Shown here: in pieces, positions 22,455 through 32,078 of the stretch | Position numbering within the stretch: position 1 is the stretch's first letter | Layout of the letters: each line of letters begins with the position of its first letter | Assembly: GCA_963693055.1 (NCBI GenBank) | Contig: OY843751.1 | Location: 928,001 to 992,000 of the forward strand | Length of the DNA stretch: 64,000 bases | Origin: a bacterium | GTDB taxonomy: Bacteria; Zhuqueibacterota; Zhuqueibacteria; Residuimicrobiales; Krinioviventaceae | Reading direction: 5' to 3' | Notes under the pieces: generated by a model | The model's database searches: none | Told to the model about the DNA's origin: nothing | The model's input: only the letters and a program-made list of their open reading frames with translations | Made by a program: the position numbers and the translations under genes

Positions 22455-23000
22455 ATGGCATCACCTGTAGGACACGCGCTTGGCGGAGTATTGGTATACG
22501 CCCTGGACCGGAAGCGGAAATTTAATATCCCTGTTTTTCTAGTGGCTATTCTTTTGGCCGGCTTACCGGATATAGATTTTTTATTTGGTTATGTTATTGG
22601 TCAACCGAATAAATATCACCATGGTTTTACACACAGTTTTGTCTTTGTAATCATTGCCGGTTTAATTGCTGCCCTGATTATGGGACGCAAAAGCAAAAAA
22701 CAATTCTGGTCTTTGAGTGGGCTCTTTGTTGGCTCTGGTGTGAGTCATATAATTTTGGACAGTATTGCCAAAGATACAAGTCCGCCTTTTGGGTCACCTG
22801 TTTTCTGGCCTTTTACAGACAGGTATTTCATTTTTCCGGTTGAGGTGCTTTCTGATATACACCGAGCTTCTGATTCAACCGGCTTTATAAAAAGTCTGTT
22901 TTCAATGCACAACATGATGAGCGTAGGCAGAGAGTTGTTGATCCTTTTGCCTATTATATTATTAGTAATAATTTTAAATAAACGATATCGTACTAAATGA
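22455..23000 (+). CDS. Membrane-bound metal-dependent hydrolase (YdjM/DUF457-like)
   Basis: GHAL, LPDIDF, HHGFTHS, SHIILD, FWPF. Confidence 0.85.
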   Translation: MASPVGHALGGVLVYALDRKRKFNIPVFLVAILLAGLPDIDFLFGYVIGQPNKYHHGFTHSFVFVIIAGLIAALIMGRKSKKQFWSLSGLFVGSGVSHIILDSIAKDTSPPFGSPVFWPFTDRYFIFPVEVLSDIHRASDSTGFIKSLFSMHNMMSVGRELLILLPIILLVIILNKRYRTK

Positions 23001-23959
23001 GTGAATCCGTAAATACACAAAATATGAATCCTTACCTTTCTGTTGTAGTTCCTTTTTATAATGAAGAGGAAAATGCAGAAAGACTGTGGAATATCATCAA
23101 AGAAGTACTTGATGGTACCGGCAAGTCTTTTGAAGTCATCTTTGTGGATGACGGCAGTTCTGATGAAACCCGTAACATTCTACGTCGTTTAGCTCAAGAG
23201 AATAAAGAACTGCGGGTGATTTTATTTCGGGCCAATTTTGGTCAATCTGCTGCAATGGCTGCGGGATTCAAAGCAACACGCGGCGAGATCGTTGTGGCTA
23301 TGGATGGAGATCTGCAAAATGATCCCCGGGACATACCGGTTCTGCTGAAGCGCCTGGATGAAGGATTCGATGTAGTCAGCGGTTGGCGCAAGAACCGTAA
23401 AGACAAACTGATCATGCGGAAAATCCCATCCAAGATTGCAAACCGGATTATTTGTTCTGTAACCAATGTAAAGTTGCATGATACGGGTTGTTCGTTAAAA
23501 GCCTTTCGCGGAGACATGCTTCGCAGTATTTCTCTGTATGGCGAACTGCACCGGTTTATACCGGCGCTTTTGCGCATGGAAGGTGCAAATATCAATGAAA
23601 TACCGGTTCGGCACCATCCACGTCAATATGGACAATCCAAATACAATATTACCCGTACATTTCGGGTGATTATGGATCTGACCACAATTCGTATGCTGAT
23701 GAAACATTTGGAAAATCCGGTACGCTTTTTTGCGGGATTTGCCTGGTTGTGTTTCTGGTCAGGCTTTGCGGTATTGTTGTTTGGTTCGTATCATTTGTTG
23801 TTTCGACATGTGGATATAATAAATTTAAATATTCCCATTACTTTGATCGTTCTGTTCTGGGCAACGGCTTTTCAGTTCCTCTGTTATGGGCTGGTAGGCA
23901 AGTTGGTGGTTAACACCGGGTCTCGGAAGAAATTTGAATATAAAGAGAAGGTGCAATGA
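22997..23959 (+). CDS. GT2, ArnC/GtrB-like undecaprenyl-phosphate glycosyltransferase
   Basis: VVVPFYNE, VDDGS, NFGQSAA, MDGDLQNDP, VSGWR, HDTGCSLK, GELHRFIP, two C-terminal TMs. Confidence 0.9.
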   Translation: MSESVNTQNMNPYLSVVVPFYNEEENAERLWNIIKEVLDGTGKSFEVIFVDDGSSDETRNILRRLAQENKELRVILFRANFGQSAAMAAGFKATRGEIVVAMDGDLQNDPRDIPVLLKRLDEGFDVVSGWRKNRKDKLIMRKIPSKIANRIICSVTNVKLHDTGCSLKAFRGDMLRSISLYGELHRFIPALLRMEGANINEIPVRHHPRQYGQSKYNITRTFRVIMDLTTIRMLMKHLENPVRFFAGFAWLCFWSGFAVLLFGSYHLLFRHVDIINLNIPITLIVLFWATAFQFLCYGLVGKLVVNTGSRKKFEYKEKVQ

Positions 23960-24903
23960 GTCAATCGATTAAATCATCACGTATTTCCGTAATTGTTGCG
24001 GTTTTTAATCAGGAAGCATACCTGCCAGAATTACACGGCCAGCTTGTGCAGACGTTTTCAGAACATATTGATGATTATGAGCTGATCTATGTTGATGATG
24101 GCAGCAAAGACAACTCCTGGCAAGTCATAACTGATCTGCCAGCGCAGGATGTAATTGTTAAACGGGTTAAACTACGAACTTCTTTTGGTGAATCTGCAGT
24201 GCTAGATGCCGGAATCAAGGCGGCAGAAGGAGAGCAAATATTGTATTTCACATGCCGTGTGCGTAGCAATCCTAAGGACTTGTTGAAATTGCTGGGTAGA
24301 CTGGACGAAGGAAATGATGTGGTTATGGGCTTGCGTGAACCCCGCAGAGATTCCAAACTGAATCAGTTTGTATCCAAATTGTTCAACTCTATGACCAATC
24401 GTATGACCCATGTGGGCCTGAATGATATAAACAGTGGTGTTATGGCTCTGCATCGCGGCGTTTTAGAGCATGTACCGTTTTATGGCTCATTGAATGCATT
24501 TATTCCGGTATTGGCCCACCGCCAGGGATACAAGGTAGTTGAAGAACCCATTGAACAGCTTCCCGGTCAATTTGAACAATCATTGTATCCCAAGAATTAT
24601 ATCAAACGCTTGCTTGATTTTCTCAGTGTTATTTTTATCAGCAAGTACTCTAAAAAGCCGTTGCACTTTTTAGGCTTTATGGGTGCTATTTTTACATTGA
24701 TTGGCGCTATTATCAATATCTATTTATTTATTTATCGTATTTTAGGTGTGGGCCCCATTGCCGGACGTCCCATGCTTTTACTGGGTGTGCTTATGTTTAT
24801 CATTGGTATTCAGTTGATCTCTATAGGTCTGCTGGGCGAAATGATCATTTACACCCATGCTAATGAAATTGAAGACTATAACATTGAAGAGATCATTGAA
24901 TAA
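23956..24903 (+). CDS. GT2 ArnC-like paralogue lacking the DxD motif
   Basis: Colinear with the upstream ArnC-like protein (VDDGS, SFGESA, DINSG, FIPVLA, GLLGEMI) but has FTCRVRSNP where the paralogue has MDGDLQNDP. Confidence 0.8.
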   Translation: MSQSIKSSRISVIVAVFNQEAYLPELHGQLVQTFSEHIDDYELIYVDDGSKDNSWQVITDLPAQDVIVKRVKLRTSFGESAVLDAGIKAAEGEQILYFTCRVRSNPKDLLKLLGRLDEGNDVVMGLREPRRDSKLNQFVSKLFNSMTNRMTHVGLNDINSGVMALHRGVLEHVPFYGSLNAFIPVLAHRQGYKVVEEPIEQLPGQFEQSLYPKNYIKRLLDFLSVIFISKYSKKPLHFLGFMGAIFTLIGAIINIYLFIYRILGVGPIAGRPMLLLGVLMFIIGIQLISIGLLGEMIIYTHANEIEDYNIEEIIE

Positions 24904-25865
24904 TGAAACTCATCATACAAATACCCTGCTTTAACGAAGAAAAGACCCTGCCGCAAACGCTGGCGGATCTTCCCAAATCCCTTGACGGAGTGGATGAAAT
25001 TGATCTGTTGATCATTGATGATGGCAGCACCGATGAAACGGTACGTGTTGCGCGTGAATTGGGCGTGCAGCATATTGTCAGCTTTCCGCAGAATAAAGGC
25101 CTTGCTATGGGGTTCAATGCCGGTATGGATGCCAGTTTAAAACTGGGCGCCGATATCATTGTCAATACCGATGCTGACAATCAATACAGCGGTGATGATA
25201 TTCAGGCATTGATTCAACCGATTCTGGACAAGAACGCGGAAATTGTGATTGGTGATCGGCAAACGGACCAAATTGCTCATTTTTCGTGGACGAAAAAGCG
25301 ATTACAAAAACTGGGCAGTCTGGTTGTTCGTCAGATATCCGGCACTTCGGTTCCGGATGCAACCAGTGGGTTCCGTGCTTTTTCACGTGAAGCCGCGTTA
25401 CGAATGAATATCGTATCTCAATTTACATATACCCTTGAAACCATTATTCAGGCCGGCAAAAAGAATTTAATTGTTACCGATGTACCTGTCCGTACCAATG
25501 AAAAAACCCGCGAGTCCAAGTTGTTTCGCAGCAATAAAGAGTATATACGTCGTTCTATTTCTACCATGCTGCGTATTTATGCCATGTATGAGCCTATGAA
25601 ATTGTTTTCGCTGATTGGCGGCATTTTGTTTATGGGCGGCTTTTTGATTGGTTTGCGTTTTCTCTATTTTTATTTTTTTGTTTCAGGGATGGGGCATATT
25701 CAATCTTTGATTCTGGCTGCTGTTCTGTTGATCGTTGGATTTCAGGTGCTGGTTATTGGTTTGCTGGCTGATATTATCGGTTCAAATCGCCAATTGATAG
25801 AAAATGTTTTATACCGTGTGCGTAAAATGGAATCGGATGGTTTTCGCAATAAAAGGGGAGAGTGA
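24903..25865 (+). CDS. GT2 polyprenol-phosphate glycosyltransferase with C-terminal TMs
   Basis: QIPCFNEE, IDDGS, NTDADNQY, DATSGFRA, FTYTLET. Confidence 0.9.
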   Translation: MKLIIQIPCFNEEKTLPQTLADLPKSLDGVDEIDLLIIDDGSTDETVRVARELGVQHIVSFPQNKGLAMGFNAGMDASLKLGADIIVNTDADNQYSGDDIQALIQPILDKNAEIVIGDRQTDQIAHFSWTKKRLQKLGSLVVRQISGTSVPDATSGFRAFSREAALRMNIVSQFTYTLETIIQAGKKNLIVTDVPVRTNEKTRESKLFRSNKEYIRRSISTMLRIYAMYEPMKLFSLIGGILFMGGFLIGLRFLYFYFFVSGMGHIQSLILAAVLLIVGFQVLVIGLLADIIGSNRQLIENVLYRVRKMESDGFRNKRGE

Positions 25866-27055
25866 TACGGTTGGGCAAAGACGGTAAAATGAACATATAT
25901 ATGATAGGTCCCACATATCCGTATCGTGGTGGTATTGCGCACTATACTACACTTTTGTTTCGGGAATTTAGAAAAAAACACAATGTAACCCTCTGTGCTG
26001 TCAAACGACAGTACCCTATGTGGTTGTATCCCGGAGAGACCGACAAAGATCCCAGTAAAGAATATCTTACTGAAGAGGGTATAGAATACATGCTGGATTC
26101 CATGAATCCACTGACTTGGTTCAAGATCATTGCGCATATCCGCAAGACAAAACCAGATGTAGTTATTATTCCCTGGTGGGTCACTTTTTGGACTATACAA
26201 TACTGGACAATCTGTGCAGCGATTCACTGGTTCAAGTTGTCAAAAGTTTTATTTGTTTGCCACAATGTGGTAGAGCATGAATCGAGCAAGCTCAAAACTT
26301 TTTTGACTCGTATTGTATTGAGTAAAGGTGACTGTTTTCTGGTCCATTCCGGCGAAGTCAAAGATACCCTGCTGAAATTACTTCCTAATGCAAGAATTGG
26401 TGTCAAAGGGCACCCAAAGTATGATTTTTTCAAGACTGCTCAAACGGATCGTGATGCTCAACGTGAAAAATATGGATATGAACCGGATGATCTGGTGCTG
26501 CTGTTTTTTGGTTTTGTACGCAAGTATAAAGGTGTTCCGGTGTTGCTGGATGCAATGAAAACACTGGCACCCAAATATAAAAATATAAAATTGTTACTCG
26601 TTGGAGAAGCCTGGCACGAAGAAGAGACGGTTATTGAAGAAAAAATCGCCAGCTATGGACTTGAGAATAAAGTCGTTAGGGTAAATGCCTATGTGCCCAA
26701 TGAAGATGTGCAATTGTATTTCAACGCATCGGATGTGGCTGTTTTTCCATATTCTACTGCTACTGCAAGCGGGGCATTGCAAATTGCTTTGGCGATGAAT
26801 GTGCCTGTAATTGCCACTCGTATGAGTTGTTTTGAAGAAATTGTAGATGTGAATGAATCAGGATTTATTATTCCCCCTGATGATCCCAAAGCAATTGTAG
26901 ATGCTGTAGAAAAATTTATGAATGATGGTGAAATAAACCGTCAACTGATTCAGGATATGAAGGCCCATATCAGCAAGCAGAACAAGCAGGTCGATTGGGA
27001 AGAAATGGCTGATTTTTTGACAGAACTGGTGGAAAGTGGAACCCATGCCGATTGA
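25862..27055 (+). CDS. Glycosyltransferase family 4
   Basis: GPTYPYRGGIAHY, FFGFVRKYKG, PYSTATASGA; true start may be ATG 25889. Confidence 0.88.
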   Translation: MIRLGKDGKMNIYMIGPTYPYRGGIAHYTTLLFREFRKKHNVTLCAVKRQYPMWLYPGETDKDPSKEYLTEEGIEYMLDSMNPLTWFKIIAHIRKTKPDVVIIPWWVTFWTIQYWTICAAIHWFKLSKVLFVCHNVVEHESSKLKTFLTRIVLSKGDCFLVHSGEVKDTLLKLLPNARIGVKGHPKYDFFKTAQTDRDAQREKYGYEPDDLVLLFFGFVRKYKGVPVLLDAMKTLAPKYKNIKLLLVGEAWHEEETVIEEKIASYGLENKVVRVNAYVPNEDVQLYFNASDVAVFPYSTATASGALQIALAMNVPVIATRMSCFEEIVDVNESGFIIPPDDPKAIVDAVEKFMNDGEINRQLIQDMKAHISKQNKQVDWEEMADFLTELVESGTHAD

Positions 27056-27944
27056 CAAGAACCAAAAACCGGATATCTCTGTAATCATTCCCTCTTTTAA
27101 TCACGAGCATTACATTGTAAATATGCTGCAATCGCTTGAAAAGCAGGAAACAGATTATAATTACCAGTTGATTGTTGTTGACAGTGGTACTGATAATTCT
27201 GCGTCTATTATCAGCGAGCGTTTTCCCTGGGTGGAACTGGTGCGTTCAAAAGAACGTTTGTATCCCGGACAGGGCCGCAACAAGGGAGTAGAGCTGGCTG
27301 GTTCTAATATTATTGCATTTACAGATACCGATTGTACCATCAGCCCCGGTTGGGTTCAGAATATGGTTAATGGGCATAAGGATGGTAAAAATCTGCTGGT
27401 TGGTCCGGTATTGAACGGTACGCCAAAAAGTATAATCGGTACGGTTGATTATTTGCTGGAATTTTTTGATTCCTGGAACACGAAGGATGGCATTAAAATC
27501 GGTCCTGTAGGTACCGTGAATGTATGTTTTGACCGTTCCATATTTGAAACCTATGGGCCGTTGGATGGGTTTGTCAAAGGAAGTGACAGCCGGTTTTTTC
27601 GTAAAGTACTGGATGCGGGTGAGACAATATACTGGTTAAAAGGAATGAGTGTAACGCATCATAATCGTACCAAATTCAAAGTAGTGATGCGAAATCAGTA
27701 TCACCTGGGGCTAGGTGCCGCTGCTACTGGCAAAGTGCACAAGTCCCGCGCTCAGTTTATGATGAATTACCCGATTTTCATTCCGCTTATTCCGTTTATG
27801 AGGTTCATCCGTATTGGCTGGATATTATTGCGAAAAGCACCACTGAAGCATTTTATATTATATATTTTATTATCTCCACTCATCATGTTGGGATTGGTTG
27901 TACATGCAACCGGGTTTGTCGCCGGTGCGCTCAAAAAATCATAA
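27045..27944 (+). CDS. Glycosyltransferase family 2
   Basis: ISVIIPSFN, VVDSG, GRNKG, AFTDTDC; ORF track start 27036 (GTG), ATG 27045 overlaps the upstream stop. Confidence 0.87.
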   Translation: MPIDKNQKPDISVIIPSFNHEHYIVNMLQSLEKQETDYNYQLIVVDSGTDNSASIISERFPWVELVRSKERLYPGQGRNKGVELAGSNIIAFTDTDCTISPGWVQNMVNGHKDGKNLLVGPVLNGTPKSIIGTVDYLLEFFDSWNTKDGIKIGPVGTVNVCFDRSIFETYGPLDGFVKGSDSRFFRKVLDAGETIYWLKGMSVTHHNRTKFKVVMRNQYHLGLGAAATGKVHKSRAQFMMNYPIFIPLIPFMRFIRIGWILLRKAPLKHFILYILLSPLIMLGLVVHATGFVAGALKKS

Positions 27945-28001
27945 ATATCGATTGTTTTAATCTTGTACAAGGTTAATTTATTTTTTTTATAGAATTATAT
28001 A

Positions 28002-29300
28002 ATGAATAAAGAAACAAACGCTGCCAGGGTAGCATTTATTTTAAATTATTTTCCAGTCTTGTCAGAGACCTTTATCTTTTCCGAATTGGATGGATTGTAT
28101 TCACGCAACATTGATCTGGAAATTTTTTCTCTTTTCAGAAAAAGTGACAATAGCCCGGTACAAGACGCCGGTGAACTGGGAAACCGGACCACATATCTGT
28201 CAGATTATACCAAACCCTTGAATGTATTGTCAAGTCATCTCGTTTTTATGTTCAGCAGGCCTGTTCAATATTTTAAAACTCTTGCATTTGCTGTCCGTAA
28301 TGGTAATCCTGGGTATGTGCTTGGAGCAGTTTTTAAATATTTGGTTTTGCACAAAGGTGATCGAAAAAAAATACCCTACAATGTACGCCAGGATTTGTTC
28401 ATTCATTTTATTCTGGCTGTTCCTTTTGCGCGGATCATGAAAAAGAAACAATTTAACCTGATTCATGGTCATTTTGCCGATGCTGCTACCAGCTTTGCCA
28501 TGTTGATCTCTAAACTGTGCAATATACCATTCAGCTTTACCACGCATGCTACGGATTTGTTTGTAAGACCGGTATTGCTGTCGTTGAAAGTTAAAAATGC
28601 AAAGTTTGTCCTAACCTGTACGGAATATAACAAGAATTATATTGTTGAAAATATTAAAGATATCCCCAAAGATAAAGTGATTCTCAACTATCATGGCGTT
28701 GCTGTTGAAAAATTTGTTCAAGATGCAAAGCAAAAGAACACTATCCCGGTAATATTTACAGTTGGCAGGCTTGTTGAGAAAAAAGGATTTGATGTATTGT
28801 TGCGGGCATGCAAGATACTCAAAGAACAGGGAATAAAAGCTCGTTGCAAAATTGCCGGGCAAGGACCACTTTGGGATGATTTACATGAGCAATGTTTAGA
28901 ATTGGGACTGGAAGTAGAATTTTTAGGTGCGGTATCTCATCAGGAAATGAAAGCGCTTTACCAAAATGCCGATATATTTGCGTTACCTTGCAGAATTGCA
29001 AAAAACGGTGACCGCGACGGCATTCCCAATGTTATTGCAGAAGCTATGTCTATGGAACTGCCGGTTGTTTCAACATATGTGTCTGGAATTCCGGAAGTTA
29101 TTGAATCCGGGAAAAGCGGATTTTTGGTTGATCCCAATGATCCGGTTGCTCTCGCTCAGGCATTTAAATACCTGATTGAAAATCCTGAAATCCGTAATGA
29201 TATCGGTCTACAGGCAAGAAATAATATTACATCGGTATTTAATAAATCTGAAAAAATCGATGAACTGGTCGAAATTTTCCGGAAGCAGCTCGGAGAATAG
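28002..29300 (+). CDS. Glycosyltransferase family 4 (WcaL-like)
   Basis: FPVLSETFI, HGHFA, FSFTTHATD, GRLVEKKG, GDRDGIPNVIAEAM. Confidence 0.9.
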   Translation: MNKETNAARVAFILNYFPVLSETFIFSELDGLYSRNIDLEIFSLFRKSDNSPVQDAGELGNRTTYLSDYTKPLNVLSSHLVFMFSRPVQYFKTLAFAVRNGNPGYVLGAVFKYLVLHKGDRKKIPYNVRQDLFIHFILAVPFARIMKKKQFNLIHGHFADAATSFAMLISKLCNIPFSFTTHATDLFVRPVLLSLKVKNAKFVLTCTEYNKNYIVENIKDIPKDKVILNYHGVAVEKFVQDAKQKNTIPVIFTVGRLVEKKGFDVLLRACKILKEQGIKARCKIAGQGPLWDDLHEQCLELGLEVEFLGAVSHQEMKALYQNADIFALPCRIAKNGDRDGIPNVIAEAMSMELPVVSTYVSGIPEVIESGKSGFLVDPNDPVALAQAFKYLIENPEIRNDIGLQARNNITSVFNKSEKIDELVEIFRKQLGE

Positions 29301-29301
29301 G

Positions 29302-30129
29302 GTGACCGATGATACATATCTGATAGTCAATGCAGATGATTTTGGACTTACCCCGGCTATTACACAGGGTACCATTAAAAGTATAGCTGATGGCTTAGTA
29401 AACAGTGTATCTATTGCAGCCAACGGCAGTGATTTGGAAAACGCCTGCAATTTTTTAAAAGACCACCCGAAAATCTCTCCGGGTTGGCATATTAACCTGA
29501 CATCCGGAAAGCCAATCAGCGGTAGTTCAGACAGGCATCTCTTTAAAGGCAAGAACAAGCTGTTTGCAGCAGAACTATTGAACCAATTGGATGTTGATTC
29601 GATTAAAAGTGAATTGTTTGCACAATGGAACCAGTTGAATGCATGGGGTTTAAATATTACCCATGTAGACAGTCATCATGATATTCACTTTATGCCCCAA
29701 TTGCGTGGATTGATTGTTGAATTTATCAAAGAGTTGGGTATTCCTTTTTTAAGGTATTCCGGTTCTCGATTGTATAAAATGCCGGTTACAAAAATCATAA
29801 AAAATGGAATAGAATTCGGAATAACAAATTGTATTTTAAGGTTATTTTCGATAAAAGGAACTCATGATGTTGATTTTATTCAATTTCGTGAGTTATATCA
29901 ATCCCCAAATAAAGCAGAGATATTACATTTATATATAAACCGGTTAAAACCGGGAACAACACTTTGGATTTGCCACCCGGGTTATGCAGATCCGGAAAAT
30001 CCAATGAACTTGAACTATAATCATTCAAGACAACTTGAAACAGAGGCGTTATGCCTTGACTCTGTTCGTAAAGCACTGAACGAAAATAATATTAAATTGG
30101 TAAATTTCAGAGACGTAATGTATGCTTGA
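29302..30129 (+). CDS. YdjC/ChbG-family carbohydrate deacetylase
   Basis: LIVNADDFG, GWHINLT, THVDSHHDIH, ICHPG, R.LE; GTG 29302 right after the upstream stop is preferred over the overlapping 29176 start. Confidence 0.85.
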   Translation: MTDDTYLIVNADDFGLTPAITQGTIKSIADGLVNSVSIAANGSDLENACNFLKDHPKISPGWHINLTSGKPISGSSDRHLFKGKNKLFAAELLNQLDVDSIKSELFAQWNQLNAWGLNITHVDSHHDIHFMPQLRGLIVEFIKELGIPFLRYSGSRLYKMPVTKIIKNGIEFGITNCILRLFSIKGTHDVDFIQFRELYQSPNKAEILHLYINRLKPGTTLWICHPGYADPENPMNLNYNHSRQLETEALCLDSVRKALNENNIKLVNFRDVMYA

Positions 30130-32059
30130 TGCACAAAAAAATAACCGGTATTCTTTATATATTGCTGTTTTGCTGTTGACCGGGCTGCTTGTACGTATTG
30201 GCTTGCTCTATATCAGATGGATCAACCCTGATGAGGGCGCCCATATGATGGATGCCCGCATGGTTCTTGATGGATTGCTTCCCATCGTGGATTATGAGTC
30301 ACGTCAGCCTTTTTATGTATTTTCCATTGCGTTATTGTTCAAAGTGTTTGGTGTACACTATTGGGTGGGAAGGCTGCTGCCTATGATTGCAACTTTGGGC
30401 ACAGGATTCATGATGTATCTTATTGGCCGACGAATGTTTAATGATATTGTCGGTTTGTTGGCTTCTGCGGTGTACCTGTTTCTGCCCTTGTCTCTGGCTT
30501 GGTCAGTTATTGTGAAAAGCGAAACCCTTGCGGTGTTTTTAGGGAGTATTAGTATCTTTTTCGTTCTCAGGGCTGTCGATCAAAATGTTCGTAATGCAGG
30601 CTGGATGATGCTTGCCGGTATGTTTTCCGCGCTTGCCTATTACTCCAGGCAGCTATCAATCTATTTACCGGTAATCATAATATTGTATTTTCTAATCCGT
30701 AAAGATATGAGGTCGGGGCAAAAAGCTGCACTGATCTTTCAATACATACTGGGATACCTGGCTATTTGTGTGACCTTTGGCGGCTTTTTTATGCAATCCA
30801 TGGGTTTACAAGAAGTTTTATTTTCACAATTGAATCCATTAAACCTGGTATATTTTAATATTTTGCACATTTTTGGAGCACTGCCGCAAGAGTTACAAGT
30901 TGCTGAAAGCAGCGGTATACGTGTATTAAATCAGGATATTCAGATTACCATTACCCAATGGGAACATATCTTTTATTTTACCCTATACATCCTGGTGGGT
31001 GCTTTTGCAGTAGGTGTAAGAATCTTTATGGGCAGCAATAATAAAAATACTATCAAAGCTGCAATTCAGGAAAAACGCTATAATTATATTTTGCTGCTCT
31101 TGTGGATTGTTTTTGTAACATTACCTTACATTGCTCAATCCTTTGTACGTGGATTCTATACATCGTATTTTATGGAGTTTTTGCCTCCGTTAATTTTACT
31201 TGCTTCTGTCTATTTTGAGGTCGTATATCGTAAAGTCGGTTTGGAATTTTTCAAATTTATGGGCCTGGCGCTGGTTGGCTATTATTTCTTTTTCTTTTTA
31301 CAAAAAGCCATGTGGAAGTTTTATCCCGGGGTGGGCGTCTATATGTTGTTAGGTGCTATTGTAGCCAGTTTTGGATTGTATTTCTTTTCAAGAAAATGGG
31401 ATTTAAAGGTCTTGTTTGTACTGAATCTGGCTTCCACTATGATTATTGGTATATTGAATTATAGTTTGGTGGTAGCTGGTCTTAATCAATTGTTGGCGCT
31501 TTTAATTACCATGTTTGTACTTTATTTTGTAATCAAATATCTCACAGTTCGTTTGGTATACTATGGAGAGAAAAAGGCCATGGCCGCATTTGTCAGAATC
31601 TATATTGTGATTGTGGCTTTTGTTATTTCCGGTGCATTTTCAGGCTTACATATTGGTCCCAAATACAACAGTGTATGGTCTCCCAAAACGGTTAATGCGG
31701 TTTCAAAGAAACTTGATGAATTAAGTCAGGCCAATGACCAGGTAATGAGCGGCGGTTCGATCTGGGGCGTCTCCCGGATTTTACATCCCTTTATGGGGAA
31801 AACCCATCCTACTGAATTCTTAAAACAAGCCTGGCCCGATTTTGAACAACAATTCCAAGAGAAAAGACCCCGCTTCATCGTAGTGGATGGGTATACCGAG
31901 AAAAAATTCTATCGCTTTTGGAGCATTATAGAAAAAGAAATACATGATAATTATGTCAAAGTGTCCGAGTATAAAGACAGCGAGTATCCTGTGATTCTCT
32001 ATAAGCTCAAAGACGAATTAATCCGCTCCGAATCATTTCTGGTTTTGCAAAATTCATAA
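30122..32059 (+). CDS. GT-C (ArnT/PMT, GT39/GT83-like) glycosyltransferase
   Basis: WINPDEG loop after TM1, YESRQP, FKVFG, many TMs, periplasmic C-domain. Confidence 0.8.
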   Translation: MLDAQKNNRYSLYIAVLLLTGLLVRIGLLYIRWINPDEGAHMMDARMVLDGLLPIVDYESRQPFYVFSIALLFKVFGVHYWVGRLLPMIATLGTGFMMYLIGRRMFNDIVGLLASAVYLFLPLSLAWSVIVKSETLAVFLGSISIFFVLRAVDQNVRNAGWMMLAGMFSALAYYSRQLSIYLPVIIILYFLIRKDMRSGQKAALIFQYILGYLAICVTFGGFFMQSMGLQEVLFSQLNPLNLVYFNILHIFGALPQELQVAESSGIRVLNQDIQITITQWEHIFYFTLYILVGAFAVGVRIFMGSNNKNTIKAAIQEKRYNYILLLLWIVFVTLPYIAQSFVRGFYTSYFMEFLPPLILLASVYFEVVYRKVGLEFFKFMGLALVGYYFFFFLQKAMWKFYPGVGVYMLLGAIVASFGLYFFSRKWDLKVLFVLNLASTMIIGILNYSLVVAGLNQLLALLITMFVLYFVIKYLTVRLVYYGEKKAMAAFVRIYIVIVAFVISGAFSGLHIGPKYNSVWSPKTVNAVSKKLDELSQANDQVMSGGSIWGVSRILHPFMGKTHPTEFLKQAWPDFEQQFQEKRPRFIVVDGYTEKKFYRFWSIIEKEIHDNYVKVSEYKDSEYPVILYKLKDELIRSESFLVLQNS

Positions 32060-32078
32060 AAATCCATTACATTCACCC

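Noticed and set aside
29176-29301. Long N-terminal extension of the YdjC-like ORF overlapping the upstream GT4 by 125 nt
   Set aside because: The family motif LIVNADDFG normally sits at the N-terminus; GTG at 29302 fits better
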